The position numbers and the translations under genes were made by a program. Positions 19,103 to 28,855 of a DNA stretch of 56,106 nucleotides are shown piece by piece. The stretch is from contig DATEZA010000280.1 of assembly GCA_035255945.1 (NCBI GenBank), positions 1-56,106 of the forward strand, in the 5' to 3' direction. This stretch comes from Thermoanaerobaculia bacterium (GTDB lineage Bacteria; Acidobacteriota; Thermoanaerobaculia; Gp7-AA8). The stretch's first letter is position 1; every line of letters starts with the position of its first letter. The notes under the pieces were generated by a model. The model did no database searches. It saw nothing but the letters and a program-made list of their open reading frames with translations, and had not been told where the DNA came from.

Positions 19103-20442
19103 TGCCCGGTTGGTACCTGTTTCTCGCTTTCATCTTCATTCTCGCGAACGGATTCTTCGTTGCCGCCGAATTCGCGATCATCCGCGTGCGCCCGACGCAG
19201 CTCGCGGAAATCGCGGCCGAGGGCAGCAGCCGCGCGCGCATGGCGCGGCGCATCACCAAGCGGCTCGACAGCTATCTCTCCGCGACGCAGCTCGGCGTCA
19301 CGCTGATGTCGCTCGCCCTCGGCTGGGTCGGCGAGCCCGCGTTCGAAATGCTGATCCGTCCGCACCTGATGAGCACCGGCTTCTTCGGTGCCGCGATCTC
19401 GCATTCGATCGCCGCGACCATCGCATTCACGCTGATCACCGCGCTCCACATCATCATCGGCGAGCTCGGACCGAAGTACATCGCCATCGACAAAACGATG
19501 CCGACCTCGCTCTTCGTCGCGCATCCGCTGCGCGGTTTTTACGTGCTGATGTTTCCGGTGATCTTCGTGTTGAACCGTTTGTCGAACATGCTGCTCAGCG
19601 CGGTCGGCATCAAGCCCGCGTCGGAAGGAGAGATGGCGCACTCGCAGGAAGAGCTGCGCATCATCCTCGCCAGCTCCGAAAAAGCGGGCGTTCTGTCCGA
19701 GGAAAACCGCGAGATCATCGAAGGCGTCTTCCAGTTTTCGAAGCGCACCGCGCGGCAGATCATGGTGCCGCGCACTGATGTCGTCGTCCTCTCGAGCACG
19801 AAATCGATCCAGGAAAATCTCGACATCATCGCCAGGACGCGCCACACGCGTTACCCGCTTTGCGAAGGCACGCTCGATCAGACCATCGGCCTCATTCACA
19901 CGAAGGATCTCTTTCACGCGCAGCTGCGCGGCCCCGGACGGTCGATGATGGACCTCAAGCGCGACATGCTCTTCGTGCCGGAGAACTCGACCGTCGAGCA
20001 GCTGCTGTCGCAATTCATCGAGCACAAGACGCACATGGCGGTCGTGCTCGACGAATACGGCGGCGCCTCGGGCATCGTCTCGCTGGAGAACATCACCGAA
20101 GAGTTGTTCGGACAGATTCAGGACGAGTTCGATCGCGAACGGCCGGAGATCGAGCCGCTCGGCGGCGGACGGTATCGCGTGCGCGGCGATTACCTCATCG
20201 AGGATCTCGCCGATCGATTGAAGGTCGATGTCGGCGAACCGGCGGAAGAGACGATCGGCGGTTATGTCGCGGCGCACATCGGACGCGAAGTCGCGCCCGG
20301 CGACATGTGCGAGCTCGGCGATTTGCGCATTTCCGTCCTTGAAGCCGAGCGCTTCCGCGTGCGATGGGTGTTCGTGCAGCAGACGAAAGCGCCGGAGATC
20401 GAGCTGATCGAAGAGGAAGAAGAAGGCGAAGCGCTGCAGTAG
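19099..20442 (+). CDS. Hemolysin/CNNM (HlyC/CorC) family transporter-associated protein with CBS domains
   Basis: NGFFVAAEFA, QLGVTL.SLALGW, GELGPK, IMVPR, HTRYP, VLDEYGG.SG.V.LE. Confidence 0.93.
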   Translation: MMPGWYLFLAFIFILANGFFVAAEFAIIRVRPTQLAEIAAEGSSRARMARRITKRLDSYLSATQLGVTLMSLALGWVGEPAFEMLIRPHLMSTGFFGAAISHSIAATIAFTLITALHIIIGELGPKYIAIDKTMPTSLFVAHPLRGFYVLMFPVIFVLNRLSNMLLSAVGIKPASEGEMAHSQEELRIILASSEKAGVLSEENREIIEGVFQFSKRTARQIMVPRTDVVVLSSTKSIQENLDIIARTRHTRYPLCEGTLDQTIGLIHTKDLFHAQLRGPGRSMMDLKRDMLFVPENSTVEQLLSQFIEHKTHMAVVLDEYGGASGIVSLENITEELFGQIQDEFDRERPEIEPLGGGRYRVRGDYLIEDLADRLKVDVGEPAEETIGGYVAAHIGREVAPGDMCELGDLRISVLEAERFRVRWVFVQQTKAPEIELIEEEEEGEALQ

Positions 20443-20460
20443 CAACGCCTCGCGAACCCG

Positions 20461-20601
20461 TCACTGACGTTTCATCAGCTTCGTCGGGAGGTGCGCAATG
20501 CGGTGCCACAAGCGGCTGAGGAGCCCTTCCTCATGCTCGTGCGCCGTATTACGCGAAACTCGTGATTCCTTCAGAATTCTGTCGGTTTCTTGAATTCGCA
20601 T
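20461..20601 (-). CDS. Small protein (46 aa)
   Basis: AGGAGG 7 nt upstream of ATG; fills the gap just downstream of the LOG-family gene. Confidence 0.55.
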   Translation of the reverse strand: MRIQETDRILKESRVSRNTAHEHEEGLLSRLWHRIAHLPTKLMKRQ

Positions 20602-20614
20602 CTGCGACCTCCTT

Positions 20615-21376
20615 TCACTCCTGATTACTGCGAGATCCATGCTCAATGGCGCGGTCGTGATACTCGACGACGATGTCGCGCACGCGCTCCGGATCGTCGA
20701 CGACATGAATGCTCTCCACGTCCTCGCGCAGGATGTTGTTCTCCGCGAGCACGACGTTCTTCAGCCAGTCGATCATGCCGCCCCAGTACTCGCTGCCGAA
20801 CAGGATCACCGGAAAGTCGGAGATCTTCTTCGTCTGGATCAGCGTGAGCACGCCGTAGATCTCGTCGAGCGTGCCGAAGCCTCCCGGAAACGTGATGAAC
20901 GCCTCGGAGTACTTCACGAACATCGTCTTGCGCACGAAGAAGTAGCGGAACGTCATCGACTTGTCGACGAACGGATTGAGCGTCTGCTCGAACGGCAGCT
21001 CGATGTTGCAGCCGATCGACAACGCACCCGCTTTGCGCGCGCCTTTGTTCGCCGCTTCCATGATGCCGGGACCGCCGCCGGTGATGATCGCGAATCCCGC
21101 TTTGCCGATCAGCTCCGCGGTGCGCACCGCGAGGTCGTAGTAGCGATTCGAAAGCTGCGTGCGCGCCGAGCCGAAGATCGACACGGCCGGATACACCTCG
21201 GCGAGATGATCGAATCCTGCGACGAATTCGCTCGTGATGCGCAGCACGCGCCACGATTCGCTCTGCAGCGTCTCTTCGCGAGACGGACGATCGAGAAGCT
21301 TTCGATCCTCCAGGGATTCGCGCGGTTTCGGCGGAATGTGGATCTCGGTCTTCGGATCTTCAGTCGGCATCGGCAC
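20615..21376 (-). CDS. LOG-family (TIGR00730-like) nucleotide phosphoribohydrolase
   Basis: VSIFGSAR, TGGGPGIMEAANKGA, ELPFEQ, FRYFFVRK, FPGGFGTLDE. Confidence 0.93.
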   Translation of the reverse strand: MPMPTEDPKTEIHIPPKPRESLEDRKLLDRPSREETLQSESWRVLRITSEFVAGFDHLAEVYPAVSIFGSARTQLSNRYYDLAVRTAELIGKAGFAIITGGGPGIMEAANKGARKAGALSIGCNIELPFEQTLNPFVDKSMTFRYFFVRKTMFVKYSEAFITFPGGFGTLDEIYGVLTLIQTKKISDFPVILFGSEYWGGMIDWLKNVVLAENNILREDVESIHVVDDPERVRDIVVEYHDRAIEHGSRSNQE

Positions 21377-21380
21377 ATTA

Positions 21381-21516
21381 AACAGCAGACAGCGGGTCCG
21401 AGCGTGTCATGGCGAGCGAAGTCGAGCCATCCCCTGCCGGAGCACGTTCAGCGTGCGACTCGGAGGGGATCCCTCGACTCCGCTCGGGATGACACAGGTC
21501 CGCTGTCCGCTGTCCG
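21381..21516. repeat. Composite repeat: CAGC(A/G)GA heptamers, GTCAT-type palindrome (21404-21495), inverted heptamers
   Basis: Left arm gtgtcatggcgagcg.agtcgagccatcccc and right arm ggggatccctcgact.cgctcgggatgacac shared with 32779-32869. Confidence 0.85.
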
Positions 21517-21522
21517 AATCAA

Positions 21523-21996
21523 CTACGGTCTCAGTTTGATCACCGCCGTCTCGATCAGCTTGTCGCCCGGCAGATCGCGCTGCCATGCAGTCGCCTTCAC
21601 GCTGCCCGTCTCTCGCATCGTTCCGAACGCGGTGCGCACGTGGAAGCGCATCATCGAGCTCTCACCCGGCTGGATGTTGCCGAACGTGAAGTGATACATG
21701 TTCGAGCCCGGATCATGCGATGCAACGACGCCGCGATCCTGAGTCGCATCGAGCACGACCAGCTGCGGCGGCAACTCGACATCGACCAGCACGTCCTTCA
21801 CATTGTTCACGCCGCGGTTCGAGATCGAGATGTCGAGATTGTCCTCACCCGCCTCGGGGAGATCCGTCGGATGATTGATGTTGAGCTTGAGCAGCTGGCC
21901 GCGCGAAGTCAGCGCCATGCCGCTCGTCTTGCAGCCTGCGAGACCGATCGCCAGCAGCGCGATCGAAATGATGGCAAGTATTGTGTTTCTCTTCAT
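21523..21996 (-). CDS. Lipoprotein with DUF11-like Ig fold
   Basis: MKRNTILAII...LAG-C lipobox; ISNRG...DVLVDVELP, FTFGNIQPGES. Confidence 0.75.
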   Translation of the reverse strand: MKRNTILAIISIALLAIGLAGCKTSGMALTSRGQLLKLNINHPTDLPEAGEDNLDISISNRGVNNVKDVLVDVELPPQLVVLDATQDRGVVASHDPGSNMYHFTFGNIQPGESSMMRFHVRTAFGTMRETGSVKATAWQRDLPGDKLIETAVIKLRP

Positions 21997-22034
21997 TGGT
22001 TCGATACCTCCGAGATGAAAATGAGTGCAAAGAG

Positions 22035-22973
22035 ATGACCTGGTTTCTGGGAGTTGACGGCGGCGCGTCGAAGACGGCAGCAATCGTGACGGACGAGCAT
22101 GGCGTCATTGCCGGACGCGGCCTTGCAGGTGGATCGAATCACCTCCGCCTCGGCATCGAAGAGGCCACACGCAATGTCGAGCGCGCCGTGAACATCGCGT
22201 TGGTCGAGGCCGGCATCGCCATTCGCGAGATCGAATATGCGTACTGCGGAATCGCCGGCTCCGATCATCCCGCGCATCACGAGCGCGTGGTCGAAGCATT
22301 GCGCGTTTTCTTTCCGCGCGGCAACTTCATCGTCGATACCGACGCCCGCGTGGCGCTCACCGGCGCGGTCGGATTCGGCGCAGGCGTGGTGATCATCGCC
22401 GGCACCGGCTCGGTCGCATTCGGACGCAACGAGCTCCGCCGCGAGGCACGCGCCGGCGGATGGGGACCGACGCTCGGCGACGAAGGAAGCGGCTACGCGA
22501 TCGCACGCGAAGGACTCGCCGCGATCGTGCGCGCGTACGACGGCCGCGGCGAATCGACGGCGATGACGCAGCTCCTCTGCAATGAATACAGCATGTGCGA
22601 TCCGAAGGACCTGCCGAGGTTCGTCTACGCGGCGACGACGCACGCGGATGACATCGCGCGCTACGGCAAGCTGGTGATCGAAGCGGCGCAGACCGGCGAT
22701 CCGGTCGCGCTCGGCATCATTGACAACGCCGGACACGAGCTCGCGTCGTGCGTAATCGCAGTCGCGGAGAAGCTCGAGATGTTGTCGATTGCGTTTCCGG
22801 TCGCGTTCGTCGGCGGCGCGTTCAAGGCGGGGGAAGTGCTGCTCGGTCCGATGCGCGACGCGATCAACGCGAGTGCGCCGAACGCGACGATCGCGCCGCC
22901 GCTCTGCACCCCGGTCGAAGGCGCGGCGATGATGGCCGTTCGTGCCGCGAGTGGAGTGCGGCGCGAGCGGTGA
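22035..22973 (+). CDS. BadF/BadG/BcrA/BcrD-family sugar kinase (N-acetylglucosamine kinase-like)
   Basis: LGVDGGASKT, CGIAG, IIAGTGS, RAGGWG..LGDEGSGY, VGGAF. Confidence 0.9.
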   Translation: MTWFLGVDGGASKTAAIVTDEHGVIAGRGLAGGSNHLRLGIEEATRNVERAVNIALVEAGIAIREIEYAYCGIAGSDHPAHHERVVEALRVFFPRGNFIVDTDARVALTGAVGFGAGVVIIAGTGSVAFGRNELRREARAGGWGPTLGDEGSGYAIAREGLAAIVRAYDGRGESTAMTQLLCNEYSMCDPKDLPRFVYAATTHADDIARYGKLVIEAAQTGDPVALGIIDNAGHELASCVIAVAEKLEMLSIAFPVAFVGGAFKAGEVLLGPMRDAINASAPNATIAPPLCTPVEGAAMMAVRAASGVRRER

Positions 22974-23600
22974 CCATCATCCCGGGGGTGTGGGCCGCCG
23001 ACTCGGCGGCCTGCGCCGCCGGGTCGGCGGCGCCACACACCGGGATGACGCTCATGAGAAAGCACGTGCTCTTAGCGCTGCTCTGCGCGAGTCGGCACCG
23101 CCGCTCTGCACGCTGTTGAGAGTGTGGTGATGATGGCCGTTCGTGCGGCGCGAGCAGTAACGTCGTCCCGAGCGTAGTCGAGGGTGTGGGGCCGCCGACT
23201 CGGCGGCCTGCGCCGCCGGGGTCGGCGGCGCCACACAGGGATGACGGCTCATGAGAAAGTACGTGCTCTTCGCGCTGCTGGTCACGGTCGAGATCCTGCG
23301 CGAGTCGGCACCGCCGCTCTGCACGCCGTTCGAAGGCACGGCGAGTGGAGTGCGGCGCGAGCGGTGACGAGGGACCCGGGCGTGTGGCGGCTCGCGAACT
23401 GCGCCTTCCGTCCTCCCAGGTCCCTCGACTACGCTCGGGATGACGGCTCATGAGAAAGCACGCGCTCACGATCGGCACCGGACTGCTCGCAATCGCATTC
23501 CTCATCACCGGCCGCGTCACGCTCGCTGCGGCGAAGCGAGCAATCGACGTCGATCTGCTGCTCGTGCTTTTCGCGCTGCTCGTGGCGGTCGAGATCCTGC
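22900..23600. repeat. Scrambled triplication of kinase 3' end, REP and permease 5' end
   Basis: gggatgac(g)gctcatgagaaag recurs at ~23042, ~23239 and ~23438; fragments of the kinase end (gatgatggccgttcgtg, gcgagtggagtgcggcgcgagcggtgac) and permease start (gagatcctgcgcgagtcgg) recur with deletions. Confidence 0.9.
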
Positions 23601-24502
23601 GCGAGTCGGGCTGGCTCGATCAGCTGGTGGCGTTCACGATCTCGCGCTTTCACACGACACGCGGATTCGCCATCGCATTGATCGCGATGACCGGCCTGCT
23701 TGCATCGCTGGTCACGAACGACGTCACGCTGTTCGTGGTGATCCCGTTCACGGTCGTCGCGAGCCGCTTCTCCGATTTCGATCTCGAAGACGCCGTGATT
23801 CTCGAGATCATCGCCGCGAATCTCCTCGGCTGCCTCACGCCGCTCGGCAATCCGCAGAACCTGTTCGTCTTTCATCGCTCCGGCTGGAGCGCGGCGCATT
23901 TCGTCGTCGTGATGCTGCCGTTCGTCGCCGCGAGTGCCGCCGGTCTGCTCGCCGCGGTCTTTCTCCTCGGCGCGTCACGTCCGCTCATCAAAGCAGATGT
24001 CGAGCTGCCGAAACGCAACGTGCTCGGCGGCGTCGCCGGCGCGATCTGCTTCGCGCTCGTGCTGCTCGAGATCGCGCGCGTCATCAACGGCTGGCCCGCG
24101 GCAATCGTCGCGCTGATCGCCGGAATCGTGTTTCTTCCGCGAAAACTGTTCGCGCTCGATCTCTCGATCGTGCCTCTGTTCCTCTTCGCATTCGTGATCG
24201 TCGAAGGATTGCCGCGCGTGCAGCTCGGCGGACACATCTACTTCAGCGCGATCGCGTTGTCGCAGGTGATCTCGAATGTGCCGGCGACGATTCTCCTTTC
24301 GCCGCTCGTGCACGACTGGAAGCCGCTGCTCTACGGCGCGAACGCCGGCGGCTGCGGCACCATCATCGCCTCGCTCGCCAACCTCCTCGGCTGGCGCATC
24401 TACGCAAAAGAATCGGGCCGTGACCCGCGGTTTTTCCGCAGGCTCACGGCCCTGAACTTCGCGTTTCTCGCGTGGATCGGCGTTATTGCCTGGCTGCTTT
24501 GA
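23450..24502 (+). CDS. SLC13/ArsB/CitT-type anion permease (YbiR-like)
   Basis: SLVTNDVTLFVVIP, AANLLGCLTPLGNPQN, SQVISNVPAT, GGCGTIIASLANL. Confidence 0.9.
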   Translation: MRKHALTIGTGLLAIAFLITGRVTLAAAKRAIDVDLLLVLFALLVAVEILRESGWLDQLVAFTISRFHTTRGFAIALIAMTGLLASLVTNDVTLFVVIPFTVVASRFSDFDLEDAVILEIIAANLLGCLTPLGNPQNLFVFHRSGWSAAHFVVVMLPFVAASAAGLLAAVFLLGASRPLIKADVELPKRNVLGGVAGAICFALVLLEIARVINGWPAAIVALIAGIVFLPRKLFALDLSIVPLFLFAFVIVEGLPRVQLGGHIYFSAIALSQVISNVPATILLSPLVHDWKPLLYGANAGGCGTIIASLANLLGWRIYAKESGRDPRFFRRLTALNFAFLAWIGVIAWLL

Positions 24503-26186
24503 GCGATGCGTCGCGGATGCCGCGGAACTCATCGCCCGGATTCCAGTTCGGCATCTCCACCGCGTTCGCCGCTTCCCATCCAAGCCAGAAGCCGAGCTGT
24601 CCCATCTCCACCGCTTCCGACCAATCCCAATTCGGATTGAACTCGTCGCTCGGCTGGTGATAGCGATGCTCGCGGTAATCGGTCGACTGCTCCTTGCCCC
24701 ATCCCGCCGGCTTGCCGATCACATCCTGTCCCGGATCGACCGACACCGCCGGCACGCCGACCTTGCCGAGGCTGAAGTGATCGGAGCGGTAGTAATGCCC
24801 CTGCTCCGGTTCCGGATCGGGCACGATCGTGATGCCCATCGCCTTCGTCACTCGCTGCGCGGTCGGGAAGAACGTCGTGCGCTCGATGCCGTTCATGTTC
24901 ACGTCGCGCACGCGGCCGAGCTCGGGGATCGCATCGAAGTTCAGATTGAGGGCGATGCGGCCCGCGGGGATCGACGGATGCTTGCCGTAGTACTCCGATC
25001 CGATCAGCCCCTGCTCTTCCGCGGCGACCGAGTTGAAGATGATGGAGCGCTTCGGTTTCGGCGTGGTGTTCGCCCACACGCGCGCCATCTCGATGAGCAG
25101 CGCGCAACCCGACGCGTTGTCGATCGCGCCGTTGTAGATGTTGTCGCCCTGGATCGTCGCGTCCATGCCGAGGTGATCGTGATGCGCGGAGTAGAGAATC
25201 GCTTCCTTGCTCAGCACCGGATCGGAGCCTTCGAGCTTCGCCACGACATTCGCCGAATCGAACGAGCGCGACTTGCTGTTGATCGTGCCGCCCAGGTGAT
25301 AACCGCCGAGGACTACCGGTTTGAAATCGCGTGACGCGGCGGCTTTCGTCAAGCCATCGAGATCCTGACCCGCCGCTGCGAAGAGCTGCTTCGCGACGTC
25401 GTACGTGACCCAGCCCGCAAACTTCAGCGCCGGATCATTCGGACCGCGCTTCAGATACGAATGCTCGGCGCCCCACGAGTTGCGCACGACGCTCCACGGA
25501 TAACCGGCCGCTTCATTCGTGTGCACGAGCAGCACGGCGTCCGCGCCTTTCGCGCCGCCGATCTCGTACTTGTACGTCCAGCGGCCGTAATACGTGCGCG
25601 CTTTGCCTTTGAACAGATCGGGCTCCGACGCATTCGCCGGCGGATCGTCGACGAGCATCACGAGCGTCTTGCCCTTCGTGTCGAGGCCTTTGTAGTCGTC
25701 CCATTTGTACTCCGGCGCGACGACGCCGTGGCCGACGAACACGAGCTCGGAATCGAGTGCGTTCGTGTTCGTCACGTTCTTCGACTGCGATTCGTCGGCA
25801 CCGACGATCTTATCGAGGTACTTCAGCGGACCGATCGGCGTCGCGCCGTTCTTCGTGAACGTGAACGTCGTCTTGTCCGAGTCGGTCGTCACGCCGAGGA
25901 GCGGGACCTTCTGGTAGTAGGTGCCGTTGTCGCCGTCCGGCTTGAGGCCGAGCGCTTCGAACTGTGCGGCGATGTACTCCATCGCCAGCTGATCGCCGCG
26001 CGTGCCGGGGCCGCGTCCTTCGAGCAGATCGCTGGCCAGGAACTTGTCGTGTGCGGCGATCGCATCTCCGCTGAACATGCGCACCGCGCGTGAGACGGCG
26101 GCGGGCGGCGTGACGGTGGAGTCGGCCGCGGAGAGCGGAAACGCGACGGCTGCCGCGAGGGGAAGCAGGAACCTCAGTCGATGCAT
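24483..26186 (-). CDS. M28-family metallopeptidase with PA domain, secreted
   Basis: Signal peptide; LEGRGPG, SAHHDHLG, NGAIDNASG, AEEQGL, RSDH, YHQPSD; AAGGAG upstream of ATG 26186. Confidence 0.93.
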   Translation of the reverse strand: MHRLRFLLPLAAAVAFPLSAADSTVTPPAAVSRAVRMFSGDAIAAHDKFLASDLLEGRGPGTRGDQLAMEYIAAQFEALGLKPDGDNGTYYQKVPLLGVTTDSDKTTFTFTKNGATPIGPLKYLDKIVGADESQSKNVTNTNALDSELVFVGHGVVAPEYKWDDYKGLDTKGKTLVMLVDDPPANASEPDLFKGKARTYYGRWTYKYEIGGAKGADAVLLVHTNEAAGYPWSVVRNSWGAEHSYLKRGPNDPALKFAGWVTYDVAKQLFAAAGQDLDGLTKAAASRDFKPVVLGGYHLGGTINSKSRSFDSANVVAKLEGSDPVLSKEAILYSAHHDHLGMDATIQGDNIYNGAIDNASGCALLIEMARVWANTTPKPKRSIIFNSVAAEEQGLIGSEYYGKHPSIPAGRIALNLNFDAIPELGRVRDVNMNGIERTTFFPTAQRVTKAMGITIVPDPEPEQGHYYRSDHFSLGKVGVPAVSVDPGQDVIGKPAGWGKEQSTDYREHRYHQPSDEFNPNWDWSEAVEMGQLGFWLGWEAANAVEMPNWNPGDEFRGIRDASLKAARQ

Positions 26187-26270
26187 GGAGTTCTCCTTCG
26201 GGGAAGTAATCAGTGCCGCAGGGCTGCGGGCCGGGGTAGCATATCGAAGCCCGGGGAGAAAGGAGATGTC

Positions 26271-26516
26271 ATGAAACGTCGAAATCTTCTGTCCACCCTC
26301 GTTCTCTTCCTCACTCTCGCCGTAGGTTTCATTGCCGGTCAGGTTTCTGCGGACCAGCCGCGTATGCAGGCGGCACTCGAGCATCTGCGAGCCGCGAAAC
26401 ACGAGCTCGAGCGCGCTGACGCCGACAAAGGCGGACATCGCGAAAAGGCCATCGCGTACGTGAATGACGCGATCGACCAGGTCGAGCGCGGAATGCACTT
26501 CGACCGGCGCCACTGA
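26271..26516 (+). CDS. Small secreted helical protein
   Basis: AAGGAG RBS; signal peptide, then DQPRMQAALEHL...DKGGHR.KAI. Confidence 0.8.
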   Translation: MKRRNLLSTLVLFLTLAVGFIAGQVSADQPRMQAALEHLRAAKHELERADADKGGHREKAIAYVNDAIDQVERGMHFDRRH

Positions 26517-26570
26517 ATTCTTCGCCTCCGGGGGTAGGGACTTCGGGACTTATGTCACTCCTAGATCAGA

Positions 26571-26798
26571 GTGAGCATCAAGCAAGCCGACGTTTCTCCC
26601 CTCGGGGGCTGGCCGCATCTTCCCTTGTCCGAACGGGTGATCGACCGCCTCTGCGACATCCTCTACGCCACCGACGAGATCCGCGACATGATCCGCGTCG
26701 AGAACCGGGCGACAGACGACCGAATGACTGAGGTGGATGCGGCCGTGAGGCGCGTGTACGACGAAGTCAATGAGTTGATGAAGCGGATTGTCGATTAA
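26571..26798 (+). CDS. Hypothetical protein (75 aa)
   Basis: GTG-start ORF fills the gap; helical, charged composition; weak RBS. Confidence 0.55.
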   Translation: MSIKQADVSPLGGWPHLPLSERVIDRLCDILYATDEIRDMIRVENRATDDRMTEVDAAVRRVYDEVNELMKRIVD

Positions 26799-26801
26799 TT
26801 C

Positions 26802-26914
26802 AGTTGCTGAGTTGCTGAGTTTCTAAGTTGCTGGCGCTCTGTCTCGTGCACGCTCCCAGCAACCCAGCAACCCAGCAACCCAGTAACCCAGCAGCAACCC
26901 AGCACCTCAGCAAC
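26802..26914. repeat. Inverted pair of heptamer arrays (AGTTGCT / CAGCAAC)
   Basis: cagttgctgagttgctgagtttctaagttgctgg ... cccagcaacccagcaacccagcaacccagtaacccagcagcaacccagcacctcagcaact. Confidence 0.85.
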
Positions 26915-26920
26915 TAACTC

Positions 26921-26962
26921 TTGACTTTCTAAACGCGCGAACCTAACTTAACACTGTTAAGT
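26921..26962 (+). promoter_or_regulatory. Sigma70-type promoter with overlapping TetR-type operator
   Basis: TTGACT (26921-26926), 17 nt, TAACTT; perfect inverted repeat ACTTAACA-C-TGTTAAGT at 26946-26962; GGAGG at 26966. Confidence 0.75.
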
Positions 26963-26976
26963 AACGGAGGCGCGTT

Positions 26977-27618
26977 TTGGGACCTATCGAACGTCGACAA
27001 CGAGAGCGCGAAGAAATCAGGACCCGCATCCTCGATGCAGCCCGCGAGCTCTTCGTCGCTGAAGGCTACGAAGCAGTGACGATGCGCCGCATCGCCGATC
27101 GCATCGAGTACTCGCCCACCGCGATCTACTTCCACTTCAAAGACAAGGACGCCCTGATGGGCGAGCTGTGCGCGGTCGATTTCTACACCCTCGCCACGCA
27201 GCTCACGAAGATCGCGCGCGTCGAGGATCCGATCGAGCGCCTGCGCCGCATCGGCAAGGCGTACGCCGGCTTCGCCGCCGAGTTTCCGAATCACTACCGC
27301 CTGATGTTCATGACGCCGCATCCGGTCGGCACTCTCCCCGAGGATGCGATGCAGCGGCACGGCAATCCGGAAGAAGACGCGTATGCGTTCCTCAAGGCTA
27401 CCGTCGCCGAAGCGATCGCGCAGAACCGGCTGAAGCCCGAGCATGACGACGCCGAGCTCGTGTCGCAGACGATGTGGGCCGGCGTGCACGGCGTCGTCTC
27501 GCTCCACATCGCGAAGGAATGCGATCCATGGGTCGAATGGCGTTCGATCAAGACGCGCGTCTCGACGATGATCGACATCCTGGTCGACGGCCTGTCGAAG
27601 CAGAAGCGGAGCAAGTGA
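26977..27618 (+). CDS. TetR/AcrR-family regulator
   Basis: ILDAARELF...G..AVTMRRIA.RIEYSPTAIYFHF.DK HTH; WHG-like C-terminus WAGVHG. Confidence 0.95.
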   Translation: MGPIERRQREREEIRTRILDAARELFVAEGYEAVTMRRIADRIEYSPTAIYFHFKDKDALMGELCAVDFYTLATQLTKIARVEDPIERLRRIGKAYAGFAAEFPNHYRLMFMTPHPVGTLPEDAMQRHGNPEEDAYAFLKATVAEAIAQNRLKPEHDDAELVSQTMWAGVHGVVSLHIAKECDPWVEWRSIKTRVSTMIDILVDGLSKQKRSK

Positions 27619-28748
27619 TGGTCGATCTCGCAACCAAATCGCTCCTCCACGACAAGCTGCGCTTCCTGATCACCGTCAGCGGCGTCGCGTTCGCCGTAAC
27701 GCTCGTGTTCGTGCAGGTCGGCCTCTTCCTCGGCCTGATGGACAACGCGTCGCTCACGATCGAGCACCTCAACGCCGACCTCTGGGTCACCTCGCACGAC
27801 ACGAAGAACATCGACTTCGCGCATACGTTCTCGGAGACGCACGTGAAGCGCGTGCGCGCGATTCCGGGCGTCGAGCACGCCGACAACCTGATCGTCTGGT
27901 TCATGAACGTGAGCCTGCCGAACGGCGCGGTGGAAGGCACCGAGGTGTATGCGCTCGAGGACTTCACGCGGTGGAACTTCCCGTGGAAGATCGAAGGCGG
28001 CAACCTCGAAGACCTGCGCCGCGGCAACTACATGTTCCTCGACGCGTCGGCGGAGAAGCGCTACGGCGGACCGTTCTCCATCGGCGAATACCGCGAAGTC
28101 ATCGGACGGCGGCTGAAGATCATCGGCCGCTCCGTCGATGCGAAGTCGTTCACCACGACCCCCATCACGTTCCTCGATTTCACGCTCGCGCAGAGCCTCG
28201 TGCCGAGCGAGCTGCGCGGCAATACGACGTACATCCTGGTGAAGCTCGCGCCAGGCGCGAACGCCGAGCAGGTGCGCGCGGATATCAAACGCCGCCTGCC
28301 GTACAACGACGTGTACACCGGCCGCGAATGGGCGCAGCGCTCGCGCAGCTACTGGATCGACTCGACGGGACTCGGCCTCAACATGTACCTGACGGTCTTC
28401 CTCGGATGTCTCGTCGGCATCGTCGTCGTGGCGCAGACGCTCTACACGTCGACGATGGAGCACATCAAGGAATTCGGCACGGTGAAAGCGATCGGCGGCG
28501 GCAACGCCGACATCTACGCGATCCTCGGCAAGCAGGCGGCGATCGCGGCGGTGCTCGGATTCGCGCTCGGCGCCGTGATGGCGTACGCGCTCCGGCCGCT
28601 CATCTACAAGATCGATCTCAAGCTCGTCATCCCGCCGCAACTCTTCGCGATCGTCTTCGCCGGATCGATCGTGCTCTGCCTCGCGGCGGCAATGATCTCG
28701 TTCAGAAAAGTCGCGTCCATCGATCCGGCACTGGTGTTTAGAAATTAG
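27618..28748 (+). CDS. ABC exporter permease (FtsX/MacB/DevC-like)
   Basis: HDKLRFLITVSGV, periplasmic domain, EHIKEFGTVKAIG, IDPALVF. Confidence 0.92.
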   Translation: MVDLATKSLLHDKLRFLITVSGVAFAVTLVFVQVGLFLGLMDNASLTIEHLNADLWVTSHDTKNIDFAHTFSETHVKRVRAIPGVEHADNLIVWFMNVSLPNGAVEGTEVYALEDFTRWNFPWKIEGGNLEDLRRGNYMFLDASAEKRYGGPFSIGEYREVIGRRLKIIGRSVDAKSFTTTPITFLDFTLAQSLVPSELRGNTTYILVKLAPGANAEQVRADIKRRLPYNDVYTGREWAQRSRSYWIDSTGLGLNMYLTVFLGCLVGIVVVAQTLYTSTMEHIKEFGTVKAIGGGNADIYAILGKQAAIAAVLGFALGAVMAYALRPLIYKIDLKLVIPPQLFAIVFAGSIVLCLAAAMISFRKVASIDPALVFRN

Positions 28749-28843
28749 GGGTACGTGGGCGCGTGGGTTCGTGGGCGCGTGGTGAAAACCTCCCCCGAGC
28801 CCCCGCACCCACGAGCCCACGCACCCTCGCACCCTCGCACCCA
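28749..28843. repeat. Inverted pair of octamer arrays (GGGTNCGT / GCACCC(A/T)C)
   Basis: gggtacgtgggcgcgtgggttcgtgggcgcgtgg ... gcacccacgagcccacgcaccctcgcaccctcgcaccc. Confidence 0.8.
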
Positions 28844-28855
28844 AGAGGTCACAAA

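Noticed and set aside
22900-23460. CRISPR-like repeat/spacer array
   Set aside because: The repeated units are pieces of the flanking genes, vary in length, and no cas genes are present.
26802-26914. tRNA or structured ncRNA in the hairpin-rich intergenic regions
   Set aside because: No cloverleaf, T-loop or CCA pattern; the structure comes from short tandem units.
28763-28855. Pro-rich N-terminal extension of the ABC ATPase (similar extensions at 32784, 44419, 49757, 50929-51078)
   Set aside because: These are translations of intergenic repeats upstream of the motif-supported starts.
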